From: the human T2T-CHM13v2.0 reference genome, Homo sapiens
Strand: one strand, 5' to 3'
Assembly (NCBI RefSeq): GCF_009914755.1
Contig: NC_060935.1
DNA length: 64,000 nt
Shown here: positions 56,471-64,000 of the stretch, one piece after another
How positions within the stretch are numbered: the first letter of the stretch is position 1
Layout: every line of letters starts with the position of its first letter
Program-made: the position numbers and the translations under genes
Notes under the pieces: model-generated
What the model saw: the letters and a program-made list of their open reading frames with translations, nothing else
What the model was told of the DNA's origin: nothing
The model's database searches: none

Positions 56471-57319
56471 CAAACAAACTCTGAAGTACCATTTTGCCTA
56501 TTAAATGAGAATAATATTTTTAAAAATATAATAAGCCGAAAAATTTTTAAACCCACAATAATGGCCATGATGCCATGAAACAGATACTCCCTTGTCTATT
56601 GATATTTGATATTGATACTAAAATATCTAATGGATTTTTTTGGGAGACAATTTAGCAATTTCTATCCAAAGTCACCAAAATGGCCTACCTCATCTAATAA
56701 TTCTATATATAATCTACACCAAGAAATAATCTCAAACATGGAGAACTCTGAATAAAAAAAGATATTCATTATAACATTACTATATAAGAATAAGTTAGAA
56801 ACCTAACTGACCAAGAATAAATCAATAGATAAATTTGTATCTCTTGTTGTCACAGAAAATTTGAGGTTCTGGTAATAAAATTACGTACAATCAAATAGTA
56901 AAATAGATATAGAAATAATGACTGATGAGGGAAATGAAATTATGAAGTAAAATACATCTTGAAATGCCCTTGAAATATTACACATAGTTAAAAGGCATAG
57001 CTATGAAGACAACGAAGTTTCACTGAAAATGTCTGTGATGTGATAGGTACAAAGTAGACAAGTGTGTACATATACACCATAATTAGAGCTGTGTGAAAGT
57101 GGTACATGTCTGAAGCTGTTTGTAGTGGATGCTGTTGTGTACTGCCCAAATCTCACTTTCAGGACTGAGTCTTGCATTCCTCCAGCCTCACTGGAGTATG
57201 GTGGCTGACAGCTCTCAGATGAGTCAGTTTCTGAGAATGGCTCTCAGCCAGAGGGAATTGTGTTGATCAACGTCTAGATCCTTCCTGGGAAAAATTCTCA
57301 TTGAATGCATGATTGAGGG

Positions 57320-57498
57320 CAGGGCCAGCTACATAATTTGCAAAGTCCAATGAAAAATGAAAATATGGGTCCTCTTACTCCAAAATTACCAGGAACTTCA
57401 TGACAGTAATAGCAGAGCATTAAACTAAGCATGGAGCCCTTGTGAGTATAGGGGCCCTGTGTGATTGCATAGATCATATGCCAATAAAGCTGGCCCTA
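57320..57498. mobile_element. hAT MITE (MER45A-like) nested in an ERVL LTR-like segment (~57133-57735)
   Basis: Terminal inverted repeats agggccagct...agctggccct, about 179 bp. Confidence 0.7.
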
Positions 57499-57879
57499 TT
57501 CCAGTGAGGCATAAAGGGTCAGGCTTCTTGCCTGAAGCTGGAACAACTCTGAAGTCCTAGCCCAGCTCTAGAGCTCCCTGTGAGACAGGTCTTTCCTGTA
57601 CAGTTCAACTTTTCTTTCTGCCCATTCCTACTTTCTTCACTCCCTTATAGGTGTTGATACCAGGGATTCCTCCCAACTACCTTTTGGCACACAAATCTCC
57701 AACTAAGAGTTTGCTTCCCCTGGAATCTTACATAACATCTATTGTTAATGCAAAATAAATGAGCATAAAATACAGGAAGAAAATACAGTAATTGTATAAG
57801 AATAATTTCTTTCTCTTCTGAATTTTAGTGTATATGCTTACATGACATTTAAAATAAAAATAAGTTCCAGTTTAAAAAA

Positions 57880-58390
57880 TGATACTTTTAAGAAAATACA
57901 CAAAAGAATTGAAAGCATAGATGCAAATAGATAATTGTACACCAATTTCATAGCAGCATTATCAACAATAGCCAAAAGGTGAAAACCACGTAAATATTCA
58001 TCAACATATAAAATAATGAACCAAATGTCATATATACATATGCAATGGTATATTATTTAGCCTTAAAAAGGAATAAAATCCTGTCACATGCTACAACATG
58101 ATGAATACTGAGGACATTATGCTAAGTGAAAGCCAGACACAAAAGGACAAATATTGTAGGATTTTACTTATATGAGGCACCCAGAATAGGCAAACTCATA
58201 CAGACAGAAGGTATAATAGAAATTACCAGGGGCTGGTAGAAGGAATAGTGGGGATTATTGTCAAATACAGTTTCCATTTGGGATGACGAACAAATTCTGG
58301 AAATGGATAATGATGATGATTTGCACAACATTGGGAATATAATTATTGCCACTGAACTGCATGATTAAAAGTGTCAGAATGGTGTTAAAA
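57880..58390 (+). mobile_element. Old L1 (L1MA/MB) 3' fragment
   Basis: catagcagcattatcaacaatagccaaaaggtg...gaggacattatgctaagtgaa. Confidence 0.7.
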
Positions 58391-59352
58391 GGATTCTGTT
58401 CCTGCTTACAATTTCGAAAGCAACAGTAGCATATCACTCCCACCCTAACAATGAGAAAAACCTGAATAATCTATAAAATCATAATTTTTTGGACCCACCA
58501 GAAAGCTGAAGTCACAAGGCAAACTGAGTCACAAAGTATACTGATTCAAAAGGGTAACAAGCTCCTCCAAGAAGAAATGGATCACATGAATTGCTTCAAC
58601 TTTGGAAGAAGAGGTGGCACTTGTAAAAGCTGGTAAGCAGGACTGGATTTGAGCAAATGCGTGTGTGGGCATCATCCAATTGGTTGAGAGATTGATAGAA
58701 CAAAAAGATTGGGAAAGGTTGGATTCCTAGCCCTGTCAGATCCTATTTCAAGTTTAGATATGTTCTTTGTCCTGGATGTTTTTGCACTCGTTTTTATCAT
58801 TAAAGACATTACGTTAAAATATTACTCTGGATTCCTGAGATTTTTGGCACCCCTTTACATTTTGCAATGGAAACAAGTGCCTCACTCATCTCACCCCAGT
58901 TCGGGCCTTCCAGGGCACCTTTATAGAGAAACTGATTTTGTTCACCAAATAAAACGAAGCTAGTCTTTGCCCCAGCAGTTTGCTTTCCTAGGTAAGGAGA
59001 GATCAGATATAAAATGTAGATGTGCTCTGGATTTATTCTTGATTGAGGATTGCACCAGGCAGCAGCAACAAAACGATTTTGATTTGCTGAGTCTGAATCT
59101 AATTGATCCACACAGGTTTCCCTTTGCTCGCTATGCTTAGGTCTGGCCTGGCCCACTGGCTTCTGACAGGGTGGCTTTTATTTTGGAAGTGTGAGGACGC
59201 ACTGGACGGTCGCCACATGGGGATTTCTGGTTGAGCAGTTTTCAGAGAATGAAATCAGTTCCTTCGTGGTTTTCCTGGGAGCATTTCCTGAGCGCTAGAA
59301 AAGTTCGCCTTTCTAGGCCCAGATCGCACAAGGGGCAAGCAAAGCGTCAAAA

Positions 59353-59370
59353 CAGCGCCCCCTGTCGGCC
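59353..59370 (-). promoter_or_regulatory. CTCF motif
   Basis: The - strand reads GGCCGACAGGGGGCGCTG, close to the consensus GGCCACCAGGGGGCGCTA. Confidence 0.75.
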
Positions 59371-59892
59371 GCGAAGGCGTGGCGGCCCGCGGACCGGCGG
59401 ACCCCGGGTCATACCAGCTGTCCGGGTGCACAGGCCCAGGGGCCCCACGACCGCGGGTGTCGGGACCGTGGGCTCCACTGAGGAGCCCACCGAATCCTTC
59501 GGCCTGGCCAGGCGGGGGGTCTTCTTCCCAGTCCGCGGAAGCCAGGTCCGGGAGACGGCGGGGCTCACTGTGCCTTCGGACCTACACTCTGCTCGGGGGC
59601 CGGATTTCTGCAAAGCGTCCACTTGGAAAGAAGTTTCACTTGCAGGGAAGGCGGGTGTACGCAATGATGGTCCGTGTGTCCGGGATGTGAATGCCAACCA
59701 AGACTGCGTCCGTTGGTGGAGTGTGCGCGGGTCCTCCGTGAGGGTGCTTCTGGCAGTCACAGTTCACGAGTTAGCGAGAAGATGGCTGGGAGGCGGCGAG
59801 CCCCCGCTCCCGGGGCGCGCATTTCGAACTCCATAGGTATGGGTGAGTTGGTTAGCATTGGATTCGAGTGCTTGTTCTTATCTGAGTACAGA

Positions 59893-60071
59893 CACCTGGT
59901 AACCTTCGGGCCTGCAGAGGCCCCTGTGCTCCTTTGGAGGGCGCTGCAGGACGGGCTGGGTTGCATCCGGGCCTTTACCCCAGGTAGCCGGCAGCAAGTG
60001 AACTGGCCTGGATTGGCCGGCCCAGGGCACCTCCACACACAGAGCCCCGCGGCACAAGGCAGCTGTGCAAA
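59893..60071 (+). promoter_or_regulatory. Calcitonin/CGRP-type neuroendocrine enhancer homolog (three E-boxes plus HO element)
   Basis: CACCTG 59893, CAAGTG 59995, and GGCAGCTGTGCAAA 60058-60071, which matches the recalled rat CT/CGRP HO enhancer GGCAGCTGTGCAAATCCT over 14 nt. Confidence 0.65.
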
Positions 60072-60829
60072 ACGGTCTCTAGAGGGGCTGCCCTCGCCCT
60101 GGTGAATGGGCAGGAAGGCGTGTGCATATGTGTGTGTGTGTATGTGTGTTCGGGCGCGCGTTGGGGTGCAGCCGGCCGGTCGTAGGCTGCGGTGAAAGGT
60201 GGCTTGTTATTCTGGGCACCGCAAAGGGTTTCACTTCCCCTGGGTGAGCCTTCTGGGGGTGCTGTCTTGGGCAGAGCGCCAGCCCCAGTGGTACCACTGC
60301 TGGGGAGCCCGCTGGGGTCCGAGTCCGCCCACTGTGGGGATGTTGTCTGCTCTTGCCGTTAGCCCCGCACGTTCTCTGCATTTCCCCTGGTCTCTCCCCT
60401 TTGATCTGGAGGCGCTGTTTCAACGGCTGTCAGTCTCTAGAAGGGTAAATTCGGTTCCGGTCATTCTTCCAGTGGGCCCTTATCCCTAATCCTCCCTCTC
60501 CTCTCGCCTGCTCCCTCGGAGGCGAGCTCCCTGTTTGGGGCCGTCACGGCGCCGCGGCGTACTCTGCGCGCGGAGAGGCCCACTTCGGTGGCAACCTGAG
60601 CTGGGTCCAACACTACGGTGTGTGCCCCTTGGGGAACAGTCCCTAAATCAGCGCAGGGCAGCAGGCGATCCCAAGGAGATGGGTTTGTCCAGGGGTTTGG
60701 CCTTCTAGAGAGGCATGAGGCACCCGCATCTACGTTCAGGTGAAGCTGCGGAGCTCAGTCCCTACAGACAGCCGGAGCCTTGGGCTGTGTACCTGTCATT
60801 AAATGTTCCTGGGACTAGGAACGTGCAGA

Positions 60830-60833
<4 letters not shown>

Positions 60834-60883
<50 letters not shown>
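60834..60883. repeat. (GT)25 microsatellite
   Basis: Uninterrupted GT run read directly. Confidence 0.97.
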
Positions 60884-60884
<1 letters not shown>

Positions 60885-61880
60885 TGGGCTATTGAAATAA
60901 CGACCTTGCCCCGGGAAAGATAACCCCAGCTGTCTAAGTGCCTAAGGAGGGAGACAGTGAGCCTGCCTTCTTCAGCCATATTGGGCAGAAAGCCTTCATG
61001 GTAGACTAGACCCACAGGATGGGACTAAGTGCCTTCAACCCCAAGCGGAACCCGGCACCCTCAGGCCTGGACATCTCTCTCTGCTCTGTCAAGCTTCCAA
61101 ACCGTTTACATTCATGAATGCCTTCAAACTTGAAGGTACCCCACTGGGGCAATGAGGCCTAGATAGTGTCCAGTTACTTGCCTGAGGTTACACAGGAACA
61201 GAGGCAGCACAGGAAACCTGGCCTCTAGCCACTCTGCCACACCAACCTCTTGGGGAAGGGCCCCAAAAGACACGAGGAACCCTAGGAGACACTCTAGAGA
61301 GCCCCCTGAACAAACGCAGAGCTGTGTGGAGCCTGGAGTTTTAAATTCCTATGAAGAACAAAGCCAAGGCAGACTACAGGAGGGGCAACTGAATCCCCCA
61401 CCCCCAGCTCCACATGTTGTTCTAGGCCCTGGGGAAGGGTGCGTGGAGAGATATTTCATGAGGAGGTGTGAAGGGATGGAAAGACTTGGAAAGGGGACCT
61501 GAAGCCTGAGGAGACTTGGGGACTCCTAGTTAGGAAGTGCCTTTGGAAAAGCTATGGAAAATGGGCGGAGCCCGAGACATCCTCTAAAGAGTCCGGGATA
61601 GATGGGAAGAAGGATCTAGGCTGGTGGGCATGGTAGGGAAGAAAGCAGGTATTTAGGGCAGAAGCTCTGTGCAGTAATGAGTACCATGCTTTCGCCTTTA
61701 GATCCAGGTGTGAACATACCGAAAACTTAGCTGTAGCTGGCCTGGCCCCACTCACTAGAAGGTGAGAGAAACCCCTAATATACCAGGTTACCTTAAACGA
61801 CTGAAAAAAGCTGTGACAGTGACCCCAGCTGGGGATTAACTGACTTGCCTAAAGGCGGCATCATTTTACTTGTTACATAG

Positions 61881-62363
61881 AGCAAACAAAGGCTCCCAGA
61901 AGTTCTCCCGCTTGCTGGCTCTCAGTCTTGGTCCTGTGCCAGGCAGGCAGCCTCCAGGCAGCGCCATTCAGGTGAGACAGCTTGGAACCAGGGGCTCCTC
62001 TGCTCCCACTGCCCCTGGGACCAGGCAGCTCTGTGCCTCTGAAACCATGCATGGCTCCCGGTGAAGCAGTGCCCACAGGTGGACCCTGACCTCATGCCCT
62101 GTCCCCTGGGAGTCGCAGTGGCCACATCCTCAGGGGAAGAAGCAGATACCAGGGAGCCTGGCTGTTTATCCTGGGGAGGGGCAGGCAGGGACTCACAGCC
62201 TGCATTGAGTTTGCTTCCCCTCCACAGGTCTCCCGTGGAGAGCAGCCCAGACCCGGCCACACTCAGTGAGGAGGAAGTGCGCCTCCTGCTGGCTGCACTG
62301 GTGCAGGACTATGTGCAGATGAAGGCCAGTGAGCTGGAGCAGGAGCAGGAGACAGAGCTCCAG
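61881..62363 (+). pseudogene. CALCP: Unprocessed calcitonin/CGRP-family pseudogene: exon 2-like 61881-61971 and exon 3-like 62228-62363
   Basis: Signal-peptide homolog (G)SQKFSRLLALS/LVLCQAGSLQAAPF with ATG replaced by AAA (61888-61890) and a 2-nt deletion; propeptide homolog [40 protein letters not shown] with a 2-nt deletion near its end; intron retained; no calcitonin or CGRP exon seen downstream in the window. Confidence 0.9.
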
Positions 62364-63082
62364 GTGAGGCTCCCCAAGCGCCCAGAACAGGGCCTCCTTT
62401 CCCCGCAGCATACCAAGAAGGCGGATCCCAAGAGGTAGGAGAGAGCACACTGGCAAGGGGTCCAGCAAGCTGATTTGTTCAGGAGGACTTGGAGCCCAGC
62501 CTTTCTCAGGCTCCAGGGGAGACAGAGGTCCCAGTGCAGCTGGAAGGACTGTGGTTAGACACAATAAAAAGCTCCGTTTTTGAAAGCTGTTAGGAAGTGA
62601 AATGCGAAGATGTGGAATCGCTCACTGTGAGAATTGCTCTTGCAACAATAGCTCTCATTAGATGGGATAATTGTGAAATACATGTACTTTGTTTAGTGCT
62701 GACTATGAGCTGGTTACAGTTGTAAATAGTTGACTGATGATTTTGATCCTCACAACAATCTGTGAGGAAACTAAAACAAGTATGGTTAAGTAATTTGTTA
62801 AAAGTCATAAACTAGTAAATGGTAAAGCTGAGCTTTAAAATCCGGGTAGTTTGGCTCCACACTCCATTTTCTTAACTAGTGTTTCTACTGCTTCTAGTTA
62901 GTGAGTGTGTGAAGACCTAGCATGGGGGCTGGAATACAGTAGGTGCCCTAATGTGTTAGGAGGTTTTAGACTTGCTGTTTCTTACACTTTCTCCTTCCGT
63001 TTCAGTCAGTTCGATTTCTGATGGCTGGTTCTCCCCATTCCTTCCCTTGTGGAGAGTAGATCTCAGGTAGAGCAGCTGATCA

Positions 63083-63097
63083 CCAGCAGATGGCAAC
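63083..63097 (+). promoter_or_regulatory. CTCF motif (candidate)
   Basis: CCAGCAGATGGCAAC fits the core CCASYAGRKGGCR. Confidence 0.55.
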
Positions 63098-63249
63098 AAA
63101 GACTGTCCAGATAAGAGCTAAGAGCTCTTTACAATGTGATGAATTAGTAGTTCATTTGTAAAAAAGAAAACTGAAATAGAACTCATGGAAATGTTTCTCA
63201 TTTCTGAATAACCAAATACACAGGAAACTAAGTAAAATCCTTAGGCTTA

Positions 63250-64000
63250 ATTGATGTTGAAATGCCCTGAGAACATTTGTTGACATCCAGAGTGATATTG
63301 AAAAGAACTGATTGAGGATAGTGAACATCTTCATTGTGTTTGTAAACTCAGGAGGAATGCTCATTCAATATGATGTTAACAGTGGGATTTTTCATAAGTA
63401 TCTTTGTTCAGAATAAGAACATTCTTTTCATTCTAGTTTTCTGAGAGTTTGTATCAAGAAGGTTCTTAAGTTTTATCAAATGTCTTTTTAAAATCTATGT
63501 AGATGATCATATGGTGTTTCTCTTTTATTCTGTTAATGTGGTGAATACATTGAGTTTTGGAGGTAAAACCAATATTATATTCCTAAAATAAACACCATTT
63601 GGTCATGATCATCATTCTTTTCCACATTGATGATTTTTGATTTACTTTTCTTGTTTGTTTAGGATTACTACATCTATATTTATGACATATATTTGCTTGT
63701 ATTTTGCCTTCCTGGTGATGTCCTTATAACTTTTTGTGGGATTCTACTAGTTTCATTAAATGAATTCGGAAATGTTGCTTCTTTCTTTTTTCTCTGAAAA
63801 ATTTCTGTTTGATTAATTATATTTCTTCCTTCTTGGAGCTTCCTTTGTGAGAGAGATTTAAGTTATATATTTAAGTCTTTATCAGATACAGAACTATTCA
63901 GATTTTCCATTTCCTCTTGTGCAAATTTTGGTAGCTTGTCTTATATAAGAAACTTGTATATTTTATCAAAATTGTCAAAATTATTGGCACAAAATATTCA
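63250..64000 (-). mobile_element. Old L1M ORF2 fragment
   Basis: T-rich degenerate antisense L1 (ttttatcaaatg...gatgatcatatgg...ttcattaaatgaatt); boundaries approximate. Confidence 0.65.

Larger units (their letters stand above)
59200..60650. promoter_or_regulatory. CpG island upstream of the calcitonin pseudogene
   Basis: GC-rich, CpG-dense, non-repeat sequence. Confidence 0.88.

Noticed and set aside
59231-59836. 201-aa ORF and neighbouring ORFs in the second CpG island
   Set aside because: Starts at TTG, has GC-driven composition and no recognisable homology; would need Ribo-seq or conservation support.
62061-62438. 125-aa ORF containing a calcitonin propeptide-like segment as a functional gene
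   Set aside because: GTG start within an intron, no signal peptide, reads through the donor, and no hormone-coding exon; best explained as the pseudogene exon.

Overview
This is human (hominid) genomic DNA that I recognise as the 11p15.2 PDE3B-CYP2R1-calcitonin-family locus. The + strand carries the last four coding exons and the 3' UTR of PDE3B (13416-~26400). The - strand carries the complete five-exon CYP2R1 gene (vitamin D 25-hydroxylase; CDS 46573 to 32488, 1506 nt, 501 aa), convergent with PDE3B and with a CpG-island CCAAT/GC-box promoter. A second CpG island (~59200-60650) precedes an unprocessed calcitonin/CGRP-family pseudogene (CALCP; exon 2- and exon 3-like segments at 61881-62363). 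The rest is mostly L1, Alu, LTR, MIR/L2 and DNA-transposon sequence. I see no prokaryotic system, CRISPR array or RNA gene, and no convincing novel protein. The best leads are: (1) a calcitonin/CGRP-type HO enhancer motif with three E-boxes retained beside the dead pseudogene, 13 kb upstream of CYP2R1 and bracketed by divergent CTCF motifs; (2) two same-orientation L1PA3-like copies 34 kb apart that share six non-consensus transversions and flank the catalytic ends of both genes; (3) upstream ATGs among the CYP2R1 promoter elements that could make translation depend on TSS choice; (4) a 116-bp intronic tandem duplication, perfect palindromes and inverted Alu pairs. Repeat subfamily names, exon numbers, consensus bases and SNP identities come from memory and need database confirmation.
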